NCBI GenBank assembly: GCA_018398765.1
Contig: JAHBMJ010000378.1
Span: 1 to 49,372, forward strand
Source: Chromera velia
Taxonomy: Eukaryota
Direction: 5' to 3'
Length of the DNA stretch: 49,372 nt
Every line of letters starts with the position of its first letter. Position 1 is the stretch's first letter. Shown piece after piece: positions 11,214 to 23,421 of the stretch. The notes beneath the pieces were generated by a model that saw only the letters and a list, made by a program, of their open reading frames with translations, had not been told where the DNA came from and did not search any database. The translations under genes were made by a program, and so were the position numbers.

Positions 11214-14200
11214 TCAGTTATCCACAGGCACTGCCCAGTCCCCCCCCGCGGACTGCGACTGTGCGGATCCGTCCGTCGGACCTGACAGCATCACTGCATC
11301 CTCCTCATCATCTTCCACGCAGATGGCGGTGGCCAGAGACTTGCCCTCATCGGCCCACCTGAGCAGGTTCTCGTCTCCCCCGTCTCGTCCCTCTGCCGGG
11401 GCCCTTGAGTTGATCACCCCGCCGGGGTCCTTGTCAAGGGTCTCAGGGGGAATCCACCTAGAGCCCTCCACTAGATGGAGGAACGGACGCTGGGCGAGGT
11501 GACGCGCTGAGTATCGGCACCAGCCCGTCAGGCTGTTCTGCGGTGTGAAGAGACGGGTGAGACCCATCTGCTCGGCCAAATTGAACCAGTGCACGGGGCC
11601 ACGGTTTCGAATGGCGTCTTCCTCCGTCTCCCCGGCCTCCAATTTCACCCCCTCCTCCCCTCCTCTCTTCACCCCCATGCAGAACACGCCATCCACCCCA
11701 TCACCAAAATTGAACCTCAACATCCCGGGGTAATTCTCCTCTGCATCCTTATTGATCCCCGTGCACTCCAACACTCCCGGAGCTGCACGGAGATTCCCCT
11801 CTGCATCGACTAGGACTAATCTCTTTGCTGCCTCCAACGCGACGGACTCGGGGTCTTCACCGTCGACATCTATGGGGCCCTGGGAGGAGGAGAAGGTGGT
11901 GGACGGGGTGGGTCCTGTCATCTCGACATCGTGCTGAGACGGCTTTCCCCCATCTCTCTTCCTTTTTCTGTCAGGGTAGTAGTGGCTGGCCTGCTTGGCA
12001 AGGACCTCGAGGGCGGTCCACTCAGCGAGGTCCATGGGGATCTCCTCTCTCGGCACAGGCCAAGGGGCAGCGATGAGGCCGAACACCTTCTGCATGTCCT
12101 CTGCGCTCAGGCCGATGTCCAACGCCTTCTCTCCGGACTCCGTCTCGAACACCATCAGGTAGGGTCTCACACCCTGGAAGGGCCCCCCCATATGGGGCAT
12201 CACCTTCATGGCCTCCCGCTCGGCCTCTGAGTTCGTGTCCGCGGTGGAGGTGCGGAGGGACTCGGCGATCAGCTTGAGGAGTTCGGGGACTCCGTGGGCA
12301 GGCAGCGTCTGCTTCATCATCTGTTAGAGCACCATCCAGGGGGAGTGTGGAAGCAGAAGGAAGACAGGAAAGGAAGAAAGAACGACGAAAGAAAAAGACA
12401 GAAACAGCAACAATAGAGAGGGGTACACAATGAGCAAAGTATTCACATGCACGTCACACGAAGAGATGGCCAACGTACAGATCAGAGAACACACCCAAAC
12501 AAGCACATCCTCCTAGGAGGAGGCTGCGTCCCTGCTTGAAGGAAGCAAAACGACAGAGAGCGAACGAAAGTGGGAAAAACTGAGCGCACGGAAGAACCAG
12601 AACCTGAATCGAAGTCTGCCGTCTGACAATTAAGTGTCGTTCTGCCAGAGTGCTCTCATTTGATTCCTTCTTCACCTTTCGTTTTCTCATCTCGTTCATC
12701 TTCCTGTGTGAGAGAGACGATTCGTCGACCTCGACACCTCTTCTCCTCTCTACCTTCACACCCCCACCTTCTGGGACAGACGGACTACGAGGCAGGAAGT
12801 GCACCCTCTCTTTCACTCTCCCGCACAACATTTTTTCCCTTTACTACTCGTTGTTGCGCTTTCCCGGCCCGACGGACTGACTTACCTTGTGGAGCAGGCA
12901 GAGTCTGTGGCAATGGAGCGCGACGATGACCTTCTGGATCCTCTGGGCCCTCAGCGTCTTCTTCCTGTCGTCCAGCGTCTCGAGGTTGAACTCATAACGG
13001 TACCTGCATGGACAGAGGGAGAGAGAAAGACAGAGGAGGAGGGAGGCAGAGGTGGATCGTTGTTTGGTATGCAGAGCCGGCGAAAGCACAAAACAATCGG
13101 GAAAAAAACATTCGAGGACCTTCTCTCTCTCTCGGGGTCTATTCTCCATGTTGGTCCACGGTGCATGTTCAAAAGTCAGGGAGCAGAAAGAAAACTGCGA
13201 GGACGACGGAAAGGCGAGGTTCAGCCATCTGGGTTCAGGCCGACGCCCTTTGAGTTGCCATTTCAGCTGACGGACACACACACGAGTGCCGTTGACACAC
13301 AAGTGAGTCATCAACCCACGTCAGTCCCCCCATCCTTCTTCTCTTTGACAACTAGCTGGCGGAGCGACTGACTTTTTGGGAAGGCAGTAGGGTGCGATTC
13401 GCTGTTTGATTTTCTCCTCTCGAGGGAATCTCCAGAAGTTTCGCTTGATACCGTTCTGCTCCCCCAGTTGCACGCGCTTGTCGAGCCAGGCCCGCAGTCC
13501 GAGTGCCTCGTCCACTTCAAAGAAGGACCTTGCGAACCTGACCACCGTGTTGGCTCCTTCCTCCACCTTCACGAGCGTCTCTCTCTGTGCCCCACTCGAC
13601 CACTCCTCTGGCCCGTTGCCCTTCCAGGAGTGCGTCGCGAAGCAAAACTCGAACCCCGAGGAGGCCAGCAGGGTCTGCAGAGAGGAGACGCCAGTGGATT
13701 GCTGGATGGCAAACATGGGGGCGATGTAGTTGCCCTCCTGTCCGACGAGTCTGCAAACAACCGGAAGGGGGGGGAAGGAGGGAGGCTTGTGTGTGTAAGG
13801 AGAGAAGAAAGAGACGGAGCACGGGAACCTACACGATGGAAAAGACTGACAGAGAAACAGGGAGATAGAAGTTCGCTCGATTCGTCTGAGAGACACCAAC
13901 AAGCAAGAGAAAAGAAGAAAGCCCCTTCATATCTCATAGAACGTCTCATAGAACGAGGAGACCTGGCTCTCCGCCCTCACTCAACATAAGGGACGAGAAA
14001 AGGGGGCGGAGAAGGAAAGACGGAAACAACTGAAAGGCGCATGCATAAAGATAGATCAGATCAGAAAATAAGAAGGAAGGAAGGAAGGAAGAAAGAAAGA
14101 AAGAAAGAAAAGAAAAGAAAAGAAAGAAAGAAAGAAAGAGAAAGAGCTACTCACCCCACGCCGCCCTGAGTGTAGAGATCCACAGTGCGAAGCCACGACT

Positions 14201-16519
14201 CGATCTCTGCCATCCAGGCGAACCCGAAAGTTGACTCCGCTCTGGTCAACGAGAGGCAGACGAAGAACGCCAACAAAAATCTGCAACTCACACAACGAAG
14301 ACAGGGAGGGAGGAGGGGAAGCGCTCATGTTGACAATGCAATCCACAACACTGTACAAGGACCGAAGTGAGAGAAGAAGAAACGAACGAAGGGAGAGCAA
14401 TCAACAGACACACAAAGAAAGTCATGAGAGTCGCCAAACCGCTTTCTGTCCTCCTTTCTCCTTTCGCTGCCTCTTTGGCCCTTTCTTCGCCCCCTCACAC
14501 CCTCACTCACTGCTGACTCTGTCCTCCTTTCTCCTTTCTTCTTTCTCTGCCTCTTTGGCCCTTTCTTCGCCCCCTCACACCCTCACTCACTGCTGACTCT
14601 GTCCTCCTTTCTCCTTTCTCTGCCTTTTTGGCCCTTTCTTCGCCCCCTCACACCCTCACTCACTGCTGACTCTGTCCTCCTTTCTCCTTCCTCTGCCTTT
14701 TTGGCCCTTTCTTCGCCCCCCCACACCCTCCCTCACTGCTGACTCTGTCCCCCTTTCTCCTTTCTCCTTCCTCTGCCTTTTTGGCCCTTTCTTCGCCCCC
14801 CCACACCCTCCCTCACTGCTGACTCTGTCCCCCTTTCTCCTTTCTCCTTTCTCTGCCTTTTTGGCCCTTTCTTCGCCCCCCCACACCCTGACTCACTGCT
14901 GACTCTGTCCTCCTTTCTCCTTTCTCTGCCTTTTTGGCCCTTTCTTCGCCCCCCCACACCCTCNNNNNNNNNNNNNNNNNNNNNNNNNNNNNNNNNNNNN
15001 CTCCTTTCTCCTTCCTCTGCCTTTTTGGCCCTTTCTTCGCCCCCCCACGCCCTCACTACCACTCTCCATTTCCTGCTGACTCACTCACTCACTCACTCAC
15101 CGTCCTTGTTCTTTGTTCAGGTCTCGTGTCTGTAGTGTTGTGGTAAGGCCGGGCTGAGAGAACAGATTCTTCAGGTACGCCCTCGACCCTGAGGATCCGC
15201 CGCTGGTTCCCTTCACTGCCACCGAGGCCTCCGTCGAGGCCGTCTGGTTCCTCCCCTGCTCGTTCTTGTAGCTCCCCCCGTACCCTGCACCCTTGTTCTC
15301 GTACGGGCGATTCTGGCGACCTCCATAACCTCCACCGCCGTATCCGTTCGCGCGTCCGTAGCCGCCGCCACCACCTCCGTAGCCGCCCCCTCCGGATCGG
15401 TTGTAGGGTCCTCGGGCATTGTCGTAGTCATACCTGCGCCCCCCACCGCCACCGCCGCCGCCGCCGTAGGGGTGTGCCCTTCTCTGGTAGTTGTTGTAGT
15501 GTCCACTTCTGTTGTACTGAGACCCTCCTCTGTTGCCGCCGGAGTTCGCGAGCTTGTGGTCGTGGCCGTTCTGCTTGGCGATTGAGGTCGCACTCTTCAC
15601 TTGCTGAAGATAGGAAGAACACGAGGCAGCGGAGGAGGGAGGGAAGCCAGGGAGAAGTGGCGAGGAAAGGCAGGGGCATATGTGAGACAAGCCTCCTCTA
15701 ACTTGCACAAGAGACAAGCCTCCTCTAACTTGAACAAGAGAAAGGAGCAAACGTTTTCCCTTCCTTTCCACAGGGTTTTCCCCCCGGCCCCTTTCATGTC
15801 GGAAGCAAAGAACGAAAGCTGGACTGAGACTTCACGAGAGCCAAGAGAGACCAGAGGGACACGCAGCAACCAAACGAAACACAGAAAAGCGACAGGGACC
15901 GCGAGAGTGTGCCAGAAAGGTCCAAGACAAAGGCCTCTCCTGATAGAGAGTGCGGCAGGCAAGGCGAGGGGTGGAGAGAGGCGAAGGTTCTGTGTCTGTT
16001 CTGCTGACAGAGGAGAGAAGGGAGGCCAAAAAAAACTCCCAAGAGGAACAAAGGAAAAGGGAGACGGGGACAGAAAGCGGAGACTGGAGGGGAGAATTTT
16101 CAACTCTGGTTGGAAATCGCACAGACACCGTCTCCTCTGCCAAGGCAAAAGCAAGGGAGTGAAAAAGCAAACGAAGGGGCAGCAAGGACGGACAGCTCCT
16201 CCAGCGTCTTCCCCGTCGGAATCCGAAAGAATGTCTCCTTGATCCCTAAGGTAGTAGAACCTTTTCTTCAAGTACTCAACCTTTTCCTTCTTCGTCTCAA
16301 AGGGAGTTTTCCCCTGCAGGCAAAAGGGCAAAGAGCAAAGACTTACGAAAGTACACACAAAAGCTCATCAGGGGAAGTAAAGTCAACGAATGAGACAAAA
16401 AGCACCCCACAGTCTTCAACACGTCTCCTTCACACAGCAAAAAAACACGAAGGAGACAGCTCACAAAAAGTCTCACAAAACGCCTCTTCCTGGGGTTACA
16501 AACTGACTCCTCTTTTCAT
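11214..16519 (-). CDS. Seven-exon gene, about 787-aa hypothetical protein with a Gly/Tyr/Arg-rich low-complexity N-terminal region
   Basis: Exons (minus strand): 16519-16508, 16313-16194, 15603-15101, 14280-14155, 13750-13373, 13003-12886, 12320-11214. All introns are GT-AG (donors GTCAGT, GTCCGT, GTGAGT, GTGAGT, GTCAGT, GTAAGT; CAG acceptors). Phases (0,0,2,2,2,0) join into one 2364-nt stop-free frame, MKRGGKTPFETKK...GDWAVPVDN. The 12-nt first coding exon is the least certain. Confidence 0.8.
14446..15085. repeat. Intronic 73-80-bp minisatellite (contains N gap 14964-15000)
   Basis: CTGCTGACTCTGTCC recurs at 14510, 14590, 14663, 14736, 14816 and 14896; unit length differs by a 7-nt CT module. 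Confidence 0.9.
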
Positions 16520-17579
16520 CTTTACAAGCAGTCAAGTCCTTCCGCCTGGTGGCCGTCTTTGCCTTCTTTGCTGAAGGCGACAAGAGAGAAAACTCCACTG
16601 AGTTGGAACAAAGATCGCCCTTGTCGATCGATCAGTGGATCAAGAAAGGAGAAAAAACGAGTTGTCAAGTCAAAGCACCAGCCTCTTTGGGCGAAGACCT
16701 TCGCAGCCGAAATGGTCGCAATTCGTCAAATCGAAAAGTGAAGAATGATCTTTGGTCATTGTTTCAGAGAAGGAATGAGAAGGAGGCAAGATGTCAACAA
16801 AAAAAGGGGGCTCCTTTTCTTGCACTGAAAAAATTTGCAGCCTCGCTCACAGGACATCACAGGATGCAGGATACCATAGGATACCCCCGAAGAAGGGGTA
16901 TGCCGGGGATTGCCGGGGCCCTGAAGAGAGAGTTCTATACATGCGTCGATTTCAATACTTCAAGTTTTTTTTTTTTTTTTAAATATATATTTTACTTTGT
17001 AGTCGTTTTTATTAGATGCAAATGTTGAGTTGGAGGGGATGCAAGTAAACTAGATCGACCCATACATATCCATACGTGCAAACAGAGTGAGTGACATAAA
17101 GAGAAACAAAACGGCGTTCTTATATCGTTATCATACCACGAAGATTGAAGAAGAGCTTTGCCATTTAGTTTTATCAATTCAATTGTAATTTGCATCAAAT
17201 GTTTTTATTGCAATTAAAAGTTATAGTTTTGCTGATTAGAAGAAAAAAAAGATAAAAAATGATAAATAAAATGTTTAATTTTTGACTAGTTATAGTGTAA
17301 CGATGTGACCAATTTAGTATTACTCGAATTATGTAGAATGATAGGTCACGCTATCTATGTTTTGCTGATGTAAATGGGGTCAAAAAAGGAGGGTGTGGTA
17401 GCTTACATAAATTGCAAAGTTGTATGACAATGGAGAGAACGATGAACTAAAACGTATCGCAACTGTGAAAAAAAGGGAAACCCGAGTGGTAAAGATCAGT
17501 AGAGATGGTGAGAAACATTAAATAGGTGGTCAAAGCGAGTCGAGCCAGAGTTAATATGAGAGACAAATACTGTGGGTGA

Positions 17580-18680
17580 CAAGGAGAGCAGCAGACAAGA
17601 ACGAGATAGGCAGACATAAAAGGCAAGCAGGTAAAAAAGAGCAAGGTAGACATTATGGAGACAGGTAGGCAAGAAGCGGCAAGCAGACAAAAAGGAGACG
17701 AGGGGGCATGTTATTGAGGGAGAGAGGCAGACACAAAGGAGACAGGCAGGAAAGGAAGAGACAACGAGGCAAGAAGGAGGTGAGGAAGCATGAAGGGGAG
17801 AAGCAGACAAGAAGGAGACAACCAGCCAAGAGGGAGACAGGCGGGCAAGAAGGAGACAGCGAGGGAAGAAGGAGGCAAGTAGGGAAAAAGGAGACATAGG
17901 CAAGCAGGCAAAAAGGAGACAGGGAGGCGTGAAGGCGAGAGGCAGGCACATAGGAGGCAGCCAGCAAAGGAGGAGACAACCAGGCAAGGAGAAGGGAGGC
18001 AGGCAAGAAGAAAACAGCCAGGCAATTAAGAAGGAGACCGACAGGCAAGGAGGAGGCAGGCAGGCAACAAGGAGACCGGCAGGCAAGAAGGAGACCGGCA
18101 GGCAAGAAGGAGAGGGGCAGGCATGAAGGAGAGAGGCAGGCAAAAAGGAGACAAGCGAGCATGAAGGAGGCCAGCAGACAAAAAAGAGAAAGGTAGACAT
18201 TAAGGAGATAGGTAGCCAAGAAGGGGGCAAGCATTTCAAGAGGAGACAAGGAGGCATGAGGGAGAGGGGCAGGCACAGAGGAGACAGTTAGGAAAGGAGG
18301 AGACATCCAGGCAAGAAGGAAAGAGGCAGAGAAGAAGAAGACAGGCAGGCAAGAAGGAGTCAGGCAGGCAAGGAGGCAAGCAGGCAAAAGGGAGACAGGC
18401 AGACAAGAAGGAGACAGGTAGGCAAGAAGGAGAGAGGCAGGCACGAAGGAGGGAGGCAGACAAGAAGGGGACAGGCAGGCATGAAGCTAGGGCATGAACT
18501 TCAAGGAGGCAAGCAGGCGAAAAGGAGAAAAGTAAGCATTAAGGAGACAGGTAGGCAAGAACGAGGTAAGCAGGCAAAAGAAGACAGGGGGGCATGAAGG
18601 AGAGAGGCAGGCAGAAAGCAGACAGCCAGGCAAGAAGGAGGCAAACAGGCAAAAAAGAGACAGACAGGCATGAAGGAGAT
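17580..18680 (+). repeat. Degenerate purine-rich simple repeat (AGGCAAGAAGGAGAC-like)
   Basis: About 1.1 kb of recurring AGGCAAG/AAGGAGAC/CAGGCAG words; overlapping ORFs are low-complexity L/S/P/C artefacts. Confidence 0.8.
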
Positions 18681-19488
18681 CGCCTCATCTAGTTGGTGAG
18701 ATGTGTCTCAGATGAAGATCAGGGAAGAACGACATTGAGACGCACGAGTCTAGGAGGCGAAGCGACAAAACCGAGAGCGGCAGGCATGCATGATCATGGA
18801 GACGGGTACTGACAGGCGTGAAGGAGACAGATACGGAAAACGGAGACAGGTAGCAATGAAGGAGGCTGGCCTAGGAGGCTGGCCGCCAGGTGAAGAGGAG
18901 ACGAACAGGTAAGAAGGAGGTCTGCGGCAAGCTGGAGACTGTACGAACAAATATATCGAAGCATGCTGGTACTGCGAGAGAAACACGAGACGAGCAGTAA
19001 GGGAAGAGAAGCGAGGCATGAAGAAGAGAGAGACAGATCGTGGGGAAAAAACGATCTCCATGCGGGCCATTGAGAGCTAGGACGGCCGCCACCGTCTACG
19101 GCGACGGGCTCATTTTAATGACGAGGTAGCCGGCCAAGCTGAGATCCATGCCACTAGAGGTGGGATCCATGCCATGTGTCTGTCTGCATGGATAGGATCC
19201 ATGGCAAACCCATATCGCTCGGCAGGCCATGCATTCGAACGAAAAGACAGATACGGGAACGGATAGATGGTCGGTTATGCACACACGACAGAGTAGAAAG
19301 TCATGCAGTTGAATGTGAGGAGAGTGTGAAAGCATAACCCATACCTGAAAAGGCAAACAGGTAATCTGCGTCGAAGAAGCCAGGTGCGATGGATTCCACC
19401 CTAGCGTTTCGTTTTTTTCTTGTCCCCCCGTTTCGTTTCGTTTATCGCGCTCTCATCTAGTGCGGGTGTCCATCCTGCATTGTGGAAG

Positions 19489-19701
19489 ATGGAAGTAGAA
19501 GACGTTGAGCTGTATGAAGGAGGAGGAGCAGAAGCGGATGCTGTGATGGGAATTTCAAATGGTGCCGCTGCGGAGCAAGGTGGCGCCAATGCGCAACCGA
19601 TGGTCGGGGATGGTCAGAGACTGGAGGTGGAAGGAGAACATGAAGTGAGAGAGGAGAAGGGGTCCAAGTGCCCTCACAACAAGGTGAAGGAACACATGTA
19701 A
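19489..19701 (+). pseudogene. Short acidic gene fragment ending in a possible truncated Cys/His motif
   Basis: MEVEDVELYEGGGAEADAVMG...EEKGSKCPHNKVKEHM* looks protein-like but stops right after KCPHNK; no continuation found. Confidence 0.25.
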
Positions 19702-20199
19702 ATTAAATGCCAGTTGTCCGACGCTTGTCCGAGATCCATATGTTGGTACAAAGAGATATCCATGTCTCGGTGTAATCGATATCCACATGCATGGATCCCA
19801 CCATGTGTCGGTGCAATTGAGATCCACATGCATGCATGGATCCCATCACAAATTGAAGGGTATACCATGGATCCCACGCTGTGCACGCGGCATGCCATGG
19901 ATCCTAAAAAAAAGTCAGAACACGCTTAACTGACGTCGCAACTGTCACATGATTTCGTATATTCTTTAGTGTCTCTGTGGTCCTTTGTCGGGCCAGTATG
20001 CATCTTGCTTAGGCATAGGTCCTGTCCGTCTATTATGGCCAATCTGTTGCAAGCGCAAGCCCCTCGGACTAGGTCGCCGCGCCTAGCTTATACTACTCCA
20101 CGGTAGATAAAAATTAATACCTTTCATTCTCCATGTGTTCGCATGGTCAACTCTGCCTATCTATGGATGAGCGTTGTGGTCTTCCTTTTCCCTTCCCCG

Positions 20200-20990
20200 A
20201 CTTCTTCTTCAATGGGTTCCTTAGCTAGTTAAAAAAAATTGTTTCTCCTCAACATTTCTTTATTAAACCTATTCTTTACATCCATAAATTCTTTTGCATG
20301 CTTAGCAGCTCTTAGTTCCTTTATTATATTTCTTCAATCTGATGTTGTCAGGCTTTTCTCTCCGTTTGTATCTTTTCTATCTCTTAAACATCAAAATGGT
20401 CTTTCTCTTTCTTTCAATTCTCTTGCCAGCACCCCTGCTGACTCCCCCCCCTTCCTTTACTCTTTCTTCTCTGCAAGGCCCACATAGGCCGAAAACTCCC
20501 TTCCAAGCAGCATCTCTGTGACCTGTGTACCGCGGCTTGCCTGAACAATTTTGAAATTTTGTATTGCACGGGGGGGTCTTGGTCTCGATCTCGGTAGACT
20601 TTCGTCCACCACGGGGCTGTGGCTATCCACTGGGATACACTCCTCCGGAGTCAGTCGCATACCCCATATGCATGTCTGCTCCCCCTTCCACTGGGGCAGT
20701 CTAGCAAAACTTTAGTTGTGCAGGATGTCAAATCTATTTTCCTGACTATACCTCTCCCCCTCACCCCTGCCTCTAGCATATGACAGTTCCATTTGACTAT
20801 CACTGTCTTGAAGCCCACCTTGCTTCACGACTTGAGAGCCTGAAACAGTTCTGTCATGCTCAAGGTCTCTCCTGCCTCTCCCCTCTCAGTCGTCTGTTAT
20901 GCACCATATTCGGCCCCAGACAAATAATACAACTGAGTCTGGTGTTGCAACAGTCGCCGCAGCACCGTAGAGCACCCCTACCCCCCCATC
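20200..20990 (-). mobile_element. Possible decayed LINE relic (APE endonuclease-like)
   Basis: Minus-strand fragments in the expected order loosely resemble APE motifs: CGDCCNTRL (GDFN), RKIDL (RIDY), DSHSPVV (SDHxPV), then a basic helical linker. Many stops and shifts. Confidence 0.3.
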
Positions 20991-21112
20991 CATCACCACC
21001 CTTTTCTTTTCTCTTATATCTCTCTCTTCCCCCATCTCTTCCTTTCTCTTCCTCTCTTTTCTTTCTCTTCATCCTGCCCAAAGAAAACCAGACTTGCTGC
21101 TTGGTACCATTA

Positions 21113-21652
21113 ATTGCGGTCCCAAGCTCGCCAGTGGTTCCTGTTTTCCCAACCCCCTCAACATGTCAGCGGTTCCCTCCTTTCATCTCATTCCCTCCCC
21201 CCTCACCTATACCCTAACCATACTACTAACATGTCATGCTGACCACCGCTTTATCAATCACAGCGGTCTACAACCAGGAAAAAACTTCCTCTTTCGAGCA
21301 GTGAGGGAGAAAACCTAGCTTTTCTTTCCCCTTTTCAGCTCTTCCCACTCTCTATTTCCGTTCGGTCAGTTTCTCCCCTTCCTTCCCTTTCCCACCCTTT
21401 CTGACCAGAACAGGAGCCAGGGAAGGTTTGACAGTCATTTCCAGTCCGGTCTTTTGATATACCAGCCTGCTTGACTGTCACAGCCGACCGAAAACTTCCG
21501 ATTTGGCACCCAGAAGAAACAGTCGCTAAATTCTTGGCGTTATACAGTAACTTGATATTCCCCCGTTTCCCTATCTCCCTGTATTTCTTCTTTCCCCCTC
21601 CTCTCGCAGCGCCTCAGGGGAAAACCTCCAGGGACACAGAGGAAAAAACCCT
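21113..21652 (-). repeat. Interspersed repeat copy A (possible LINE RT fragment); uninterrupted paralogue of the copia target
   Basis: Aligns with 22003-22056 joined to 28100-28645. Minus strand reads KQAGISKDRTGND, loosely like the LINE RT QxGFRxGRSxxD motif. Confidence 0.65.
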
Positions 21653-21657
21653 CCATT

Positions 21658-21749
21658 GAAGAAAGAAAGAAAGAAAGAAGGAAAAAAAGAAAGAAAGAAT
21701 TTTTAAAGAGGAAAGGGAGGAATGTAGGAAGGAAGGAAGGAAGAAAGGA

Positions 21750-21781
<32 letters not shown>

Positions 21782-21841
21782 AAAAAAGACAGACAGACAG
21801 ACAGATAGTCTAAGAAAGAAAGAAAGAAACAAAGAAAGAGA

Positions 21842-21873
<32 letters not shown>

Positions 21874-22002
21874 GAAGGAAGGAAGGAAGGAAGGAAGAAC
21901 GAATGAACGAACGAATGAACGAACGAAAGAAAGAAAGAAAGAAAAAAAGAAAGAAAGAAAGAAAGAAAAGAAAGAATTAAAGAAAGAAAAAAAAAAAAAA
22001 AA
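21658..22002 (+). repeat. (GAAA)n/(GGAA)n compound microsatellite with poly-A
   Basis: Directly visible. Confidence 0.9.
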
Positions 22003-22056
22003 TCGGTCCTGAGCCCTCGACTGGTTCCTCCTTTCCTAACCCCCTCGGCATGTTAG

Positions 22057-22526
22057 TGTTGAGCCGAGACTTCTTTTGCTGTGATGCTCTATAGGCCGTG
22101 TGCATGCTGTAGCGCCCTATTGGCCGTGCATGATATCTGAACAGTTCCGCGCGTGGCCCCCGTCCATCTGTATCGGTGTGCATGCATGCGTTCGCGTATT
22201 TTCGGACATGCCGTAGCCTTGAGAATGTTCATGCATCATATCGCGCATGCGTGAAGCAACAGTGCAACAATGCCGTCTCATCATATTCAATTTCCGTTCT
22301 CGTTGTATGCAATACAGAATCGAATTTGTATATTCGATTGAATCGATCGATCGACTGACAGAATCGATTTACAATTTGAGCACGCGCATCCAAATCAATT
22401 TAGCCAATCGATTTGATAGACTTGTATGACTTGCAAGTGTCTGTACGTTTGCATATATACTATCAGACCTTCTGAATCTCTTGCCAACAATTGATAGTCA
22501 CTGCACAATAGTCTTTAGTTAACATA
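22057..22526 (+). repeat. Copia 5' LTR
   Basis: TGTTGAGCCG...GTTAACATA; 8 substitutions versus the 3' LTR. Confidence 0.95.
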
Positions 22527-22593
22527 TCAGTGTGTGCAGACCTTTGATTCCTTTCTCCTTCCTTCGTTGACCTTCCAACTGTTGCGCAAGACC

Positions 22594-23421
22594 ATGGCGA
22601 ATCGGCATTCCTCCAACCTTCCATTCCAAAGCATCCCTCTCTTCTCTCTCTATGGAAAGGGACGCTTCCAATCCTCGAGGAAGGTTCTTGAGATCATGTT
22701 GAACTCAGCAACGATGACGTTCACCGATGCGCCCATGAAGAAGCAGGCAGAGCTCGGCCTCATCATCCACGCAGGCACTGCTGGAGGGCCGAACGCCGAG
22801 TTCATGGAGGTTATTGAGTCAGTTGTGACTGACCCTGACGCTCCCCCTGCACGCAAAGAGATCCTTGATGCCTTGCAGAAACATTACCTGCCGGATATCA
22901 CCAAAAGGCGCCTCGATGTGCAAAAGCGTTTCAAGGCCTTCAGGCAACATCACAACCACAACCTCCATCAACATGTGGAGGCCTGGAAGCAACTGATGCG
23001 CGACTGCAAGGAAGTCAACTACGACCCCAGTGACAGCGACCAATTTCTTACCTTGGTTGCTTCCGTTGCCGACAAGCACAAGCACAGACTACTTGATGGC
23101 CTCGCTGCCGAGGATGTCACCAGTATCCTCGACCGTCTCGATGTGCTCGCGAAGCAGGAGTCCATCTTGAGTTCGGCTTCTTCTTCTCCACAGCCGCCCG
23201 CACAGCAAGGGCAGATGGCTGGTGTCGCAGATCATCGTCGTCGTCGTGGTCTGCAGGGAGGGACTAAGTCAAAGTCCCGACCGAACCGCTTCCCCGCCGA
23301 CAAGGTCAGGGAGGAGGACAACGAGAAGAGATGCTACCGTTGCAACCGGACTCAGCCTCATGAGTGCCCGGTCAAACCGGACGACAAGTGCAACAACTGC
23401 AGGCAAGAAGAACCACTCTAG
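22594..23421 (+). pseudogene. gag: Copia gag (truncated by a 14-bp insertion in the zinc knuckle)
   Basis: ATG at 22594; CYRCNRTQPHEC and CNNCRQE... Removing 14 bp restores CNNCRQENHWSAAC (CX2CX4HX4C) and the frame into protease. Confidence 0.85.

Noticed and set aside
10432..11502. 356-aa plus-strand ORF
   Set aside because: Low-complexity S/P-rich, overlaps the antisense of the real last exon and its 3' region, no domain features.
16881..16901. Hairpin ATACCCC/GGGGTAT upstream of the seven-exon gene
   Set aside because: A single 7-bp stem is expected by chance in 49 kb; no supporting context.
17496..18463. 250-260-aa minus-strand ORFs
   Set aside because: Translations of a degenerate simple repeat that lacks stop codons by composition.
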